NCBI GenBank assembly: GCA_017654855.1
Contig: CM030332.1
Span: 7,006,001-7,070,000 of the forward strand
Direction: 5' to 3'
Source of the DNA: Podospora anserina
Taxonomy: Eukaryota
Length of the DNA stretch: 64,000 nucleotides
Within the stretch, counting starts at the first letter, position 1; every line of letters begins with the position of its first letter. Positions 39,002-52,496 of this stretch are shown here, piece after piece. A program made the translations under genes and the position numbers. The notes beneath the pieces were generated by a model that worked only from the letters and a program-made list of their open reading frames with translations, was not told the DNA's origin and searched no databases.

Positions 39002-40755
39002 ATGGCCCGCGAAAGTCGTCCACTGGACGCAACACCAAGAGCCGCATCCGCAGACCCTGTATCCAACTTCCGCCGCTCCCTCCTCCTCCAAACCCCCGGC
39101 AGCCAGCGCCGTCCACAAGGCCTGTCCGCCTCCGGAAGGAAAAACGCCCCTCCAACCGCAACCCCCCACGCTCGCGCCGCCTTCCGAACCATCGACTCCC
39201 GCCGGGCAGCAATCTTCACCCCCCACCGCGCCCGCCGGAAATCAGTGCGCGAAGCCCGAGACTCCCCCCGCGACCTCCTCCTCGGCCTTGGAAGGGTCCT
39301 CGCCAAAAAGACAGAGCCGATAGTGACGTCCTCCTCCTCTCCCGGCGACACCCCCAACCATAACCCTTCCGACGATGACGACTCCCACGAGACCACCCTT
39401 GGCCCATTGCACATGAGCTACGATGATGACGACGAAGCAGATATTCCCAAGAGACCACGGCTGTCACTGCCGATCGACAGGGACGACGACAGCGGTAGCG
39501 ACGATCTCGTCCCCCATCGGTCGATGCTCCTGGACAATGAGGACAACTTCACCATGCAGTCGGTTGAGATGCCGCGTAGGGCGTATAGCGAGGGACCTGG
39601 GGGCAGACTGTCCTTGAACAGCACGAGGATGAGCGACTTTTTCAATGCGAATGATATGCTGCATAGTGAGGATTTTGGAAGGGAGTCGGGCATGTTTCCG
39701 CCGATCAATGTTGTGGAGGAGGAGGGTACTTTTACTATGGCAGATATCATGTCTCCTGAACGGTAGCTACATCCCCCTTATGGAAAACATTGAGATCGGA
39801 TTCTGACAAGTTTATACAGAATAGAAGACGGCCGTCGAGAAACCGGCCACGAAAGCGACTTCGGCATCCATGTCCCCGTCGATCTACACGACCAAACCTC
39901 CTTTGTAATCAACCCCGATGTGCAATCCTCCCCCGTCCGTCAACCCCCCGACTTCGACGAGCCAGACTTTGCCCCATTGGAAGATGCCCGAAGTGACAGC
40001 TACGACGGTGGTGATGGTATGGACAACCACAACTTTGACGACTTCGGAGACCTCCCAGATGCGGAAATGGACGACGAAGAACCTGACAATACCCTCAACG
40101 AAACAACCCGCATGACCGCTGGCAACGTAACAGAAACAGAAGTTTTGACCCATGCTCAAAGAGCCGAACTACGCGCTGCTGCGGCGGCAAGAAAAAAGCG
40201 CATCAACATCTCCAAGCACGGGATCCAGTACCCTTCCCTTCCAGCGGGTGTGGTTAAACGGCTGGCGCAAAACTTCGCCAAGACGAGCGGAGCCAAGGGG
40301 AGGATCACCCCAGACGCCATGAACGCCATCATGCAGGCTTCCGAGTGGTTCTTTGAGCAGCTGGGGGAGGATCTGGAGGCGTATTCCAAACATGCTGGGC
40401 GGAATACTATTAATGAGAGTGATGTCATTACCCTGATGAGAAGGTACGTCTTTTCTTTTGTTCTTATTGTACAATCTATGTGTATGTGACGGGGTATCTT
40501 TGTATATCAAAAATGTTTTTGGTTGTACATGTGTTTTCTTTTCTTTTCTTTTTCTTTTTTGGTTGCTGACAAGGCTCCTCTCTTAGGCAGCGTCAAATCA
40601 ACCCACAGACTACGCCTTTTGCTCTTGCGTCACGGCATTTACCACGAGAGTTATTACAGGATCTTCGGATGCCACCGCCTGTCCTATCCAAAAAGCGTCG
40701 CAAGGCAAGCGAAGGGGCAGTTCCGGCTGGCGAAGAAGATGAATCCGTGACGTGA
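39002..40755 (+). CDS. CENP-T/Cnp20-like kinetochore histone-fold protein; introns 39763-39819 and 40444-40586
   Basis: Disordered N-terminus; C-terminal histone fold ISKHGIQYPSLPAGVVKRLA..WFFEQLGEDLEAYSKHAGRNTINESDV..RQRQ..LPRELLQ. Confidence 0.85.
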
Positions 40756-40796
40756 GAGGCCTGTATGCCGCCATTGGACCTTGTGAGATTGTTGTT

Positions 40797-41996
40797 TTAC
40801 CAGTTCTTGTTCATGCGAACACGACGGGTGATATCCTTTGGTGGCTTCTTGACTACCAGCCAGAACATTATCGATGTGGCCAGAGAGAGGCCATACCTGA
40901 GGATATTGTTAGATAAAAGTGCTCATAACGCATTCGAGCACACTGAGGAGGCCGCGTCGCCAAGGCAGTTACGCATAGACTGACCGCCGCGGCATCGAAA
41001 GACAGGAGAGGGGCTATATACATACCAGGTGAAGATGTACTGCGCATGGTTGTTGCGCAGGTTGACCTCGGCAGGTCGCCCGATGGGTACACCCTTTTGT
41101 TCATACTCCAGAGTAGTGAAATAGTCAGGGTCTGTAGACACACACATATCAGAGTTAGCAAAACCATAGCTAGCTCCCCAACCCAATATATCCCAGATCA
41201 AGACTTAAAACCTACTCATAGTCTGCTCAACCCAGACAGGCTGACTCCCAGTCAACTCGGCCATCTGCTTCACATCAGGGAAGTAAAACTCCCCCTTATC
41301 CGGCCTGTTCTCAGGAGTGAACATATTCTTCTTCCACGGCTCCCTCAACAACCCCTCCACCGTCACCTCCCCACTGGGTAACCCCTCGGGTCTCAGTTTC
41401 TGGTCCTGATGCTTTTTGGAAATCCACCCTCGGTTCACGAGAATAGTAGCACCAGGATCGTCCTTTCGTTCCAGGGGGGTAACGACAATGTATCCTTGCT
41501 CGCCGTCGCGCATGCGAGGGCCGATGAGCATTTCCTGATCGTGTCGGTAGTGGCCCGTCACAAGAACGCGGCGGAAGTCAAAGTCGGAGATTGCCGAGGG
41601 GTCGATGCGGGGTGGGAGGGGGAGAGGGGGGCGGACGATGCGGTCCTCGCATTTGGCGATCAGGTCTGTCTTCCAGGAGAGGCGCTTCACTTGCCAGGTG
41701 CCGAGGAAGAATGCTGTTATGGGGATGATGGCTAGGATGATGAGGCCGGGGCCGTGGCGTTTTCCCGTGCGGACGAGCTCGGGGGGGTTGTCGACTATGG
41801 ATTGGAAGCCGGGGTCGTCGGCCGGTTGGCGGGGGGGGTCACCATGGCGGCGGGGAGGGGAGGTGGTGAACTTTCTTGGTGTTGATGGCTTGAGTGTGGA
41901 GGTGGGTTGAGGCCATTGTGGGCGGGGGAGGGGTGTCCTTGACCTTTGAAGGGACCGGAGCAGGGTGGGAAGTATCCTTCCCGACGTCATTGTCAT
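40797..41996 (-). CDS. SHY1: SURF1/Shy1 cytochrome c oxidase assembly factor (3 exons)
   Basis: Mitochondrial-type presequence; LGTWQVKRLSWK, ILVNRGWI, NNHAQYIFTW/YGLS. Confidence 0.93.
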
Positions 41997-42514
41997 CCCT
42001 GATATATGCCCCCTTATTTTGAAGCAAAAAAGGGGATTTCCAGAAGTGGGATGTTTATTGAGATGGGATTTTTAGTTTCCAGTTTTCCCCAGACCACTGG
42101 CCGGCTGAGAGAAACGGATTCGCGCGTCATAATTCGGGGAAGCTCAGACCCCGTTTGTGTGACTTGATTGGCTGCCCTGTTTGGAGCAGCTGGGTGCCCC
42201 GCAAGCAGCGTAATCTTACAGGGGGTAGTCTGGGACCGATGTGGCTTGCCGCTGTCGTGGACAACGTGAACACATGGGCCAGCCATTCATCAATTCCATC
42301 CCTTTTGTAAAACGGCGAACCTCTCATCAATTCTATTAGGAACTTGCTCCAGGTTTTGCTTTCAAACGTGTTTTCGGTGAAGATCTGCGGTTTACAGTAT
42401 CTCATCTTGCCTCGACTGTCTTGTACATTCGTCTCTGGACCCCTACCGCCATCCAATCGACACGTTGACACTGCCCCATCGGCCAACTACATATCGCGGG
42501 GGTTGCTGTTTACA

Positions 42515-44222
42515 ATGGCTTTCTTTCAGGGCTCTCTCCAGGAGGGGATCGGCGCGGCGTTGCAGCAGTCCAGGTCTGTTGTCTGTTTTGTAACCGGTAT
42601 GTCATTGGTATTATTCCAGATCTGGTCTCAAGTTGCTGACCTTATCATAGATGAGCAAGATGAAAGTCAAACATGGGAGAATGGGTATCTCAAGGAAGAA
42701 GAGGTGTGTTTTGGCGAACAATGCTTTTGGAAGCTCGTTTACTGACCGGACACTTATCAGATCGTGGAATTGTTGAAGTCCACTTCCGTGACACTTCGTT
42801 TGGTGGCCGGATCACAAGAGGAAGGCTTCCTCGCTCAGCTCTACCCATTGCCCAAGAAACCAACACTAGTGGTAATCAAGTAAGTGTTGGGTGCTGAGCG
42901 TACATTGATGCATTCCTAACCAGGCTATCAGAAGCGGACAACTCAAAGAGTACATTGCTGCCGGTGTGCCCAAGGAACTATTCATAGAAAGACTTCGCAA
43001 GGCCCTCGCTCCTGTTGAAGCTCCTCCACCACCGCCAACCCAGCCCGAGCCCGTTGCTTCCCCAAACGTTCCACCAGCAGCCCCCGTCGCGACTACCGCT
43101 TCCCAACCCGTCACAGCTTCACAACCAGCTCCCATCACAGAGTCCAACGCCAGCAGCTCAGGCCAAGCAACCCCGCCCACCTCCAACGAACAATCCCACG
43201 CCCAATCCCTAGCAGCCCAAACCGTGGCCAGAATAGAACGCATGAAGAAGGCCGAAGCCGAAGCCAAAAAACGCCGCGAAGAAGAAGCCAAACGCCGCCG
43301 CGAAGAGAAGGGCAAAGCTGTCGAAGACCCAACCAAACCTCCCACCGCTCACAACGCCTACGCCGAAGCCCTCAAGAAGAAGCAAAAGGAAGCCAGGGAA
43401 GAACGCCAGCGAATCCTCAAACAAATCGAGGACGACAAAGCCGAGAGAAAAGCCCGCCAGGAAGCTCTCGAAGCTGAGAGGAAAGCCGCGGCGGAGGCTT
43501 CCACTGTCCCTCTTGCCCCCGCCAGCCAGCTTCTCCCGAGAACGAACAGAGTCTCTTCCCACGCCGCGATCCAAGTCAGGCTATTCGACGGGTCTACCCT
43601 CCGCAGCCGGTTCTCTAGCACGGATACTTTGAAAGATGTTCGGCAATTCGTGACAGAAAATCGAAAAGACGGGAAAGAACCCTTCAACTTCAAGATTTTG
43701 CTCACGCCGCTGCCTAGTAAGACGGTCGATGTGACAGAGGAGGAGAAGACGTTGCAGGAGCTGGAGCTGACACCCTCGGCAACATTGATTTTGCTCCCGG
43801 TGCCAAAGTACTCGTCTGCTTACTCTCGCAGTAGCGGTAGCTCGGCCGCTTCGACGACTTCGGCAGGGGAAAGGGGGGGTATCTTCCAGCGGTTCATCGG
43901 ATTCATTCTGTTCGTTGCCAGTTTGATAGGCGGCTTTTTCTCGACGCTGTTTAGTACTTCTGGTCCTGTGGGTGGTGAGCAGGAGTCGGATGGGGATGAC
44001 ACGCCTAGGCAGCAGAGTCCGAATCGTGGGGGACGACAAGGGCAAGCAGCAGGAGGTGATCGTCGTATAGGCGGGCTGGAGAGTGTGAGGAGGAGGGGTG
44101 AGCAGCAGTTTTATAACGGGAATTCGGTAAGTTGACTTTGACATGCAAACTTCAAGGGAGAATACGTTTACCAACATAGATCACAGACGAACTTTGAACC
44201 GAGACCGGATGAGGAAGAGTAG
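42515..44222 (+). CDS. UBX-domain Cdc48 cofactor (UBXN4/Ubx7-like), 5 exons
   Basis: MAFFQGSLQEGI start, coiled coil ERQRILKQIEDDK, UBX IQVRLFDGSTLRSRF..LTPSATLIL, hydrophobic hairpin, C-terminal FYNGNS/TNFEP. Confidence 0.88.
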
Positions 44223-44663
44223 GAGTTTGATATTTTGTTTTGGCAACCAATAGGATTTTGACTTGGTTTAATGGTGTCCAGGGGTAGGGGGGGTTTAGGT
44301 AGTTGATCAGTTCAACCGAATGGATTCTTGCTGCTGTTTTTTTGCTCAACCTCAAGAAAAGCGCAAAAATCCAAATCACAGGGGTATTAATTTGTTGTTG
44401 TTGTCCAAGACAGGCTGATGTTTGCGCCGCCGAGTGGTAGTTGGTTATAATGTACAAGTGAGTTGTGAGATGACTGGCTCTCGCATGTGGGCTGTCAAAC
44501 TTGTTGAACTTGTTGTAAAGACAAGTCTTCCACCTTGAACGCTACCGCACCATCTCACAAAACTCAACAATCCTCCCCTTCAAAGCTTGTAACGATCGTA
44601 GTTTTTCAACCATCAAAGCCCCTCTCTCTCATCCCTTGACTCCCCAGCACCAAGACCAAAAAC

Positions 44664-45204
44664 TTAGTACTGAGAAGCAGCCTGCTGGCAAGCCTTAAGC
44701 TGCTCGAGGTACCACCCGCAAATCTGCATGTTCCCCTGGTTGTCATCCATGCACTTTGTGAACTGGGTCGTCGCGCCCTTGCAGTTGTCGCCCCAGGTCT
44801 GGTTTTGCTGGCTGGCGGCCGAGTTGGCCTGGTCGACGGGGTCGGCAGCGGCAGCGGAGGAGCCGCCGCCGAAGAGGGAGGAGATGCCGCCTCCGATTAC
44901 GTGGCCTACGGAAGAGCCGATGGCGACACCACTGGACATACTGTTAGTATCACGGATGTCAAAGGAGGGGAGGGGGAAGAGGGGGAGCATACGCAGCAGT
45001 AGAAGCCATCTGCGCCATCAACCCTGGGCCCTGAGAGGTAGGGGCACCAGCGGTGGGAGCAGCGGCATTAGGGGCACCAGTTTGGGGACCGGCGTAGGTG
45101 GTTGCTGGGCGGGTTTGCTGCTGCTGGGTTGGGGCGGGGGCAGAGCGAGCGGGAACGGTAGGGCGCGCGGGGGCGCGAGCGGGACCACGGGATTGGCGAG
45201 GCAT
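44664..45204 (-). CDS. MIX17: Mitochondrial twin-CX9C protein Mix17/CHCHD2; one intron (~44933-44991)
   Basis: GPGLMAQMASTAA/GVAIGSSVGH; CX9C-X10-CX9C at the C-terminus. Confidence 0.93.
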
Positions 45205-45896
45205 TTTGGTTTTTGGTTTGGAAGGAGGGGTGATTCAACGGGTGAATGTGTATGCGTGGTTTGTGGTGTTGAGGTGGTGAGGTTTGAGGTTGAGAGGCGG
45301 CAGTTCGGATCGTCGGTATAAAGTCTAGATGAACGCGCCGGGCGGCCACGAGGACGGTATGGGATTTTGCCATTGGCCACTCAGAGGCGGCGCTGAGCCT
45401 AGAAGCCAATAGAATGTTAAGGATTTGTTGGTCCCTGCCGGTGGCGGGGCAAAGAAGAAGGCCGGGGGTTAGGGTTTAGATCGCTGTGCTGGTATTACGG
45501 AGGATTAAAAGAGAGATATATGATTTGAATGCACGTATTTGGTCTTGGTCAAGACCTGATATGTAGTCTATTACGGCCGTCCACACCCCTAATCCCTCCG
45601 CCAACTTGAAGCTTCAATGCTCCATCTCTTAACCAAATAATCAGAATGGACGCGCAGCTGACCCAACTTCCGTGGATTGCCGTTGGGTATCTTGTGTTGT
45701 GTGACTTGAACGGGTGTGAGGCTCCAGAAATTGCCTCGCTATGCCTCATGACCCAAGTTTTTCACGATGAGACTCACGCTGAGGCTGTGTCACCTCGATG
45801 CTCATGGTCCGCCGTAGAAGTGCTTGGGGGCAAGCTCTGATTTTGCTGTCCACTTGGACTTAGCAGTATGTTGATGTTGAACCCCTTGGGTAGCAT

Positions 45897-46560
45897 TCAT
45901 TTCTTCTTCTTGGATCCATCACGCTTCGGCCGTTTGGCAATCTTGTTCCCAGCTTCTTCAGGACGAACTTCTGATGTTGAGTCCTCTGCAGGCCGCTTCT
46001 TTTCCGCAGCAGCCGTGGCGGCTTTGGCTTCGGCCTTCGCTTTTTCTTTGGCAATCAGCTCCGTCAGCTTGTTCTTGATGTCCTTGTTGTCGGCCTATGA
46101 AGCGTGTTAGTCATGGTCGGTACTTATAAGTAGTGGACATGAAAACGCCGAGCATACCAAATCATTCCTGACAAAGCGAGCCACCGCCTCGGTGTTGACC
46201 GTGTTTTCACGCTCTTCTGGGGGTGACTCGAGTTTCTGGATCTTCTCAAAGTACTGCCTGACGCGGGTTAACTCTGTGAAAACGGGGTGGCTTTTTGCAT
46301 CCGCTCCATTTAGGCGCAACGACGCTGAGGTGAATGTCAGTAAGTGACCGGTGAAGTCTCAAGTATGGTAGGTGTATCTTACAAAATATGAGTGATTCAA
46401 TCGCATAACACACCAAGACATAAAGCTTGGCCTTGTCGAGAAGTGGCATCTTGGACGAAATATCGCCGACATCACTCAAAAGTGGTTGAAGTACTTCTTG
46501 GAGTGTGTTGAGGTCCAGCTCCAGCTGTTCCAACTCTGGTGTCACGTCGCTGACGTCCAT
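45897..46560 (-). CDS. RRP47: Exosome cofactor Rrp47/Lrp1 (C1D family), 3 exons
   Basis: MPLLDKAKLYVLVCYAIESLIF, HPVFTELTRVRQYFEKI, VNTEAVARFV; basic tail. Confidence 0.85.
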
Positions 46561-47281
46561 CGTGGATGCGATTCGGGTGAGCTTAACACGAAAACTACTA
46601 ATGTCTGTCTGTATTAGATCGAGACTTGAGCTCAATAAGTTGTCGAGCGTGGTTTGATGAATGAAGTCGTCGAAGTTAGATGTACCGTCTGTTTTTGCTG
46701 GAAGGCGTCGTTTGAGAGTGATCCACACTGCAAAAATATCGACAGGGGTGTTTGTTTGTTCTCGGCCCAAGCCGCTGGGAGTTGGTGTGGGGAAGGCTAA
46801 AACGGCGTGCCTGGCATCGCTTATCTTTATCAGCGCCTTTATGCACTGCAGTCTGCAGCTGAAACCAGCGTGGGGCACAGCTCGATAAGCCGCTGGCCGC
46901 TCATCTAGGAGATCCAACAGGGCAGTCAACCATCTGATAAATCCATTCATAAGTGATGATATCATGTATCAAAAGCTACCTTCTTCCTCTCGTAACTTGA
47001 TATTTTCACACGGCGTGATTATACAAAACTAACCTTGGTTTGGCTTATTCACATTCCAGAGATTACACAAACTCTTTCTAGGTCTTTTTCTTACCACACT
47101 CTCACTGTTCCACGAGCCAGCACACTGAAGGACACTCAAACTTCAATTCCCAACGACAACCTGGAGCGTATGTTGTCGTCTCCAGATCGACAACACCCCA
47201 CCTTCTGAAAAGTCACTTGCTCGGATCATTCAACTTCAATAGAGCACATTTACAGGCAACTACCTAACGAAACTCCAAAAC

Positions 47282-49839
47282 ATGGGCGACCGCCGGCGCC
47301 CGGGTGCCACGACCGGTGCCGGGTCCGCAGCCGGAGTTCACATTCAAATCCAGGAGCCCCCTGAACGGCGGCCCTTGCTCCCTCATCGCGCCACCTTCCC
47401 ACACCGGACCGACGAGCAGGTCTTCAGTTGCTTCAGCTATAACACAAGCACTCCCAAGCACCTTCCCGTTTATAACAACATTCATCGAATCAGACGCGAC
47501 ATCATCTCAGTAGTGGAAGACTATCTCAGTCTCGATCAGCTCCGTGATGTGCGCATCAACATCAGCGTTATCCGGCCTTTGGTGGACAAGCTCTACGAAC
47601 AGGACGATATCTCCATCGTCTACTGTTTATTGGTCAACAGAGCCCAGTTTCTGAACGAACAGAAACATCTCAGCAACAGACAAAATGTCAACTCAACACG
47701 CGCCATGCTGTGCGAGCTCATTGCCACCCGTATTCTCAGACGGTTCAATGAGGACAATGACGGGCCAGATAACCTGCTTGTTCTGGCGCACATCTTGATT
47801 GCTGGGTTTGAGCCATTTCAAAATGCCCCCGAAGAGATCAGGAGGGAGGTGCAGGCTAGTACAGCATGGCATAAGACGCTTCCGGCTTTGGAAGTGGCTA
47901 TCCTAAGCGAGGCCAGAGTATTTCTTGCCAGTACTAGTTGCCAAAAAGTGTCAGTCTCTCCCATCTGTCAAGGTCAGAGAAACTGTGCTGACTGAAATCA
48001 GGGTTGATGCCATCTATGACGGCCGCGTGATTTACACGCCTTCGAGTTACATGGACTTGATTGCAGACAGATACAAACAGCGTCCTATCTCCTTGTACAA
48101 TCCCCGAGAAGCACCATTATTGAACCAGTATCGTCTTTTGGTTCCACGGACCAGAAATTACCTCGAGATTATGCAGTTCTTTATTTTGTTGGCGTTATAC
48201 GTTGTGTTTATGGCCGAGAGAGATCCCACACAGTTCAGCAAGCTCGAGATCTGTTTTACGGTGTACGCCATGGGATGGGTTCTGGATCAGTTTGCCACCT
48301 TACTAGAGCACGGATGGTATGTCTAGACCGAGTCTATTGCTACTTTGTCAGTGTCCTGGCTGACAGTCTAATCCAGGCACGTATACGCCCAAAATCTTTG
48401 GTCGTTTCTCGACGTCGGTTTTGCCTTCATTTACTGGATCTACGTGTTCCTCCGCATATATGGCTGGAAGACTGGAAATGCCGAAGCTGATCAGCAAGCT
48501 CTTGACGTCCTTGCCATGGGGGCACCGGTCCTTGTGCCGCGGTTGGCGTTCAACCTTCTCTCTGACAATATTGTATTCTTATGTCTACGGTCCATGATGT
48601 CTGACTTTGCGCTGGTGACTGCGTTGGCCATTTGGTGCTTTTTCGGGTTCTTACTGTCGCTTATGTGGCTCGGAAACGACGCATACTCGCCTTTGTAAGT
48701 AACTACATACCTAGATCCCAACCTGCCGCTAGCTAACCATTCTCCAGTGTCATCAGCAAGTGGATGATATACATCTGGTTTGGACTGGACGGATCAGGGA
48801 TCCATCACTCGGTTTGTTGTCTTCGTCTTGGTCAGTTGTCACGGTACTAACAACAGACCAGATTGAGTTTCACAAGATATTGGGACCAGCTCTTATGGTA
48901 GCTTTCGCTTTCTTGGGCAACACCCTCTTCCTCACCATCCTCGTATCGATGCTCTCGACCACATTTGGCACCATCGTCACCAACGCCCCAGCCGAGATTC
49001 AGTTCCGCCGGGCCGTACTTACCCTTGAGGGTGTCAAAGGCGATGCCATTTTCGCCTATCAACCACCATTTAACCTCATCGCCATCTTCATCCTCGTACC
49101 CCTGAAATTCCTCGCCTCGCCGAGATGGTTCCACAAAATCCACGTCGCGAGTGTCCGTCTGCTCAACCTCCCCCTCCTCCTGTTCATCGCCGTCGCCGAG
49201 CGTAGAGCACTCTGGCCCGGTACCCCAGGAGGTCCACCTACCCAACTCACATCTTTCGTCAAAGCCCAAAAGAAGTCCGGGCTTCACTTCTGGGAAAAAT
49301 GGAGAATCACCTCCCATAGCGATATCTCGACTGTGTTCGAAGTACCACCACCGGAGTCGGTCCTCGAACAAATAACCACCGATGACGACCTAACGCGGCA
49401 CTTGATCCGGAGGCAGTTCGCCAGAGGAAACAGCCACATAGACTCAGTGGCATCAGAAGCGAGGAAGCAAGCTGCCCAGACGGCGGCGGCAACGACGGCT
49501 GTGGCAACGGCTGCGGGAGGTGCGGCGCCGGGAGGCCCCAAACCTTTGAGCAGACGTGATAGCATCGCGCCGTTTCCTGGGTTGAGAGCAGAGCTCCAGG
49601 AGGTGCTTAGTGAGAGTGATGAAATGAGCAATATTACCGCAAGGTTGGAGGCGTTGGAGGAGAGCACGCAGAGGATAGAGGAGTTGTTGGAGAGGTTAGT
49701 TGGTGTGAAGCAGGGGAAGAGCCCGAGGATAGAGCAAGAGGATGATGGTGTTTCAGAAGCGGGATCGCCGTCTGGGTCGAGGAAAGAGTCGGTTGCGGTT
49801 TCGTCAGAGCATGATCCTGGCGAGAGTCCATGGATATAA
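47282..49839 (+). CDS. Yvc1-like TRP-family cation channel (multi-exon)
   Basis: Multiple TM segments; RLLVPRTRNYL; FLTILVSMLSTTF; FAYQPPFNLIA; C-terminal coiled coil; canonical introns (e.g. 47950-48001). Confidence 0.82.
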
Positions 49840-51125
49840 AAGTACTACCCATTGCGTGTTGAAAGACTTATGGAAGCATGGCGTTGGAGCTATGGGAATA
49901 TGGTTATGTATTGGGTAGTAGATTAGAGGCTTGGTGGCAGCGTTGTCTTTAGGGTTAGTTTATCATATCAAGATGAGTGAATAACTTGTCCGATTCATCT
50001 GATCCTCTGCATTTACACTTCCATTTTGTCTAAGCAGGAGGAGCAAACAGGCAACAACTGCACCCCAAGACTATTGCCTGTGTCACAACGCGCTTCTGAC
50101 ACTTCTCAGTTGCCGACTGACATACTCCTCTCTTTTACACTCATGACATCTGGCCAAGCAGCCCACAACTCCAAACTATATCACTTGTCCTCTTTACAGC
50201 AGTGTACAGCTACCACCCTCGCCACACATTGACAAAACACTGAGAAAGAAAATGTGCCAAACAGGCCACTATAAAGACTTCCACTGCCACCACCCTGGGC
50301 AGTCGTCACGGTCTCTTGTCACCCAGGCTACAGCTTCGACAACTGCCCCTATCTGTTCAATAGATAGGCAAAGCCATATCCGCAGATAGTAGTGGCGCAG
50401 GGGCATCTATATCCCACCTGGTAGGTCTTCCCTACAACGAGGAACAGTTAGGAAGTATGAGGTAATTTGCTGACGATATCGTGGGTGAAATTAGCGACCT
50501 TAAGGGACAGTACGATAGAAATTACACGAGAATGCTGGTGAAGAATCGGCATGGATTTCGCTGGGGGTTGGGGCCGAGTAGGCAGGACCGGGGGAGGGAT
50601 TTTACTTGTGTTATTCGTGAAATATATTGGCATCATCTAAGAGGGACAGCGGAAGGCAAAGATGATATCGGTTGATATTTTGTACATTTTCTCTTCTTCA
50701 TACAGACTCATGACATATAATAGGTAGAGCCCATCCTTGGTGCGGCCTTCTACATGTTCAAGGCACGTAGTTCAACTTTGGGAAAACCAACGACGCTATC
50801 ACCGATGGCATGTCTCCTGTTTTTGCTTGCATTTTGTGAAATCTTATTGACCTGGTGCTGCTCATGTGAGAAGTATGATCAAGAAACTCATACTTGTCTC
50901 ATGCTCATCACGTGCCCCACCCGCTGAAAAGTCCTTGTCAAAATTCCCGCTTGGTGCTCACTCTTTTCACACACATCAACCACTTACCAAATCCGGCCCA
51001 AAAGCGAAGCTATCCACAACTAGCTTCTTCTCTTTCTTTCTCAGCCAAGCACGGAAACACCAGACCGCCCCCCACAGCAATAACCCCGTACCTATCAACA
51101 CACATCTTACACACACACCATCAAA

Positions 51126-51884
51126 ATGCTCCCCACCCCCTCCACCTCCCACGTCCCCTACACCCTTGTCTACGAACCAGCAGAAGACTCCTTCCTCCTC
51201 CTCGACACCCTCTCCTCCCCCACCTCCCTCACTTTCCACACCTCCCACTTTCCCCCCTCATCCCCCACCCCTCTAGTCCTCGAAATCGGTCCCGGCTCCG
51301 GCGTGGTCCTGGCCTTCCTCACCGCCCACGCCAACCACATCTTCTCCCGCCCCGACATCCTAACCCTCGGCATCGACATCAACTCCTTCGCCTGCGCCTC
51401 CACTGCCAAAACCGTCTCCCTCGCCTCCCAAGACCACCCCACAACATCAGGGGAATTTCTCTCCGCCGTCCAAGGCGATCTCACTTCTTGCTTGAGAGGG
51501 AGACAAGTCGACGTCCTGGTCTTCAACCCCCCTTATGTTCCCACTGAAGATTTACCAGCCCTGCCTGAGAGGCTGAGGGAAAAGAAGGAGGGCAAAGTGA
51601 CGTTTGAGGAGGAGTCTAAACTCTTGGAGCTGTCTTATGCAGGTGGGAAAGACGGGATGGAGACGACGGATAGGGTTATCGACAGTTTGGGGGATGTCCT
51701 CAGCGAGCGGGGGGTCGCCTACTTGCTGTTGTGTGCGGGGAATAAGCCCGAGGCGGTGAAGCAAAGGATTAGGGAGATGGACAATGCTGGGGAGGGAAGA
51801 CGGTGGAAGGCGGAGACAGTAGGAACGAGTGGACGGCAGGCGGGGTGGGAGAAGTTGCAGATTGTGAGGATATGGAGGGAGTGA
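51126..51884 (+). CDS. MTQ2: eRF1 glutamine methyltransferase Mtq2/HemK2
   Basis: VYEPAEDSFLLLD, LEIGPGSG, VFNPPYVP, YAGGKDGME. Confidence 0.93.
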   Translation: MLPTPSTSHVPYTLVYEPAEDSFLLLDTLSSPTSLTFHTSHFPPSSPTPLVLEIGPGSGVVLAFLTAHANHIFSRPDILTLGIDINSFACASTAKTVSLASQDHPTTSGEFLSAVQGDLTSCLRGRQVDVLVFNPPYVPTEDLPALPERLREKKEGKVTFEEESKLLELSYAGGKDGMETTDRVIDSLGDVLSERGVAYLLLCAGNKPEAVKQRIREMDNAGEGRRWKAETVGTSGRQAGWEKLQIVRIWRE

Positions 51885-52496
51885 GATGTTGAGGTTTGTG
51901 AAATCAGGAAATGGATGGGTTGCTCTTGAAAGCGTACTGCTGTGGATAAGAGTCGAAAAAAATACGGGAGGTTGAATTCTTAACATATCGTCATATGCCA
52001 TGATCAATATATGGCATATATGTGTTTGATCGTATGGCAAATATATATGAGTCCGAGTATTGAGGTGTCATTGTTAACGGGTCCGTCCTACCCTCGGTGA
52101 GTAAGAACACTATGAATACAGGCCGTTTTGTCGCCTCCCCCATATATCAGAAAATCAAGAACGTACCCCTTGGCAGTCTTTTGCAGTATCAAATCATCCA
52201 TCCAGTAACGCCAAATTCAGAATTCCCTGCCGCTTTTCAGGTCTCCGCTATGTTTTGTTGATGGTCAAAACGCAAAGAGTGCTGACGCACATATGTTGTG
52301 TGATCTCTCGTATCTCCTCGTCCTCCTCCGGTGGATTTGTGCGCGCCTAGTCGAGCTGCTTCTGCCTGTCGCCATCGAATCGCCCATACGTTGCCGATGA
52401 AAAGCGCAGGTAGGGACACCTTGGGCGCATCGTTTGGCAGCACCCCAACCAGCGGCCAGGTGCGTAGTCCAACCTGTTGTCCCCAAGTTTACCAGC

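Noticed and set aside
49948-49960. TTAGGGTTAG as a possible telomerase RNA template on the minus strand
   Set aside because: Such an RNA would run antisense through the TRP channel CDS, and no other TER elements were recognised
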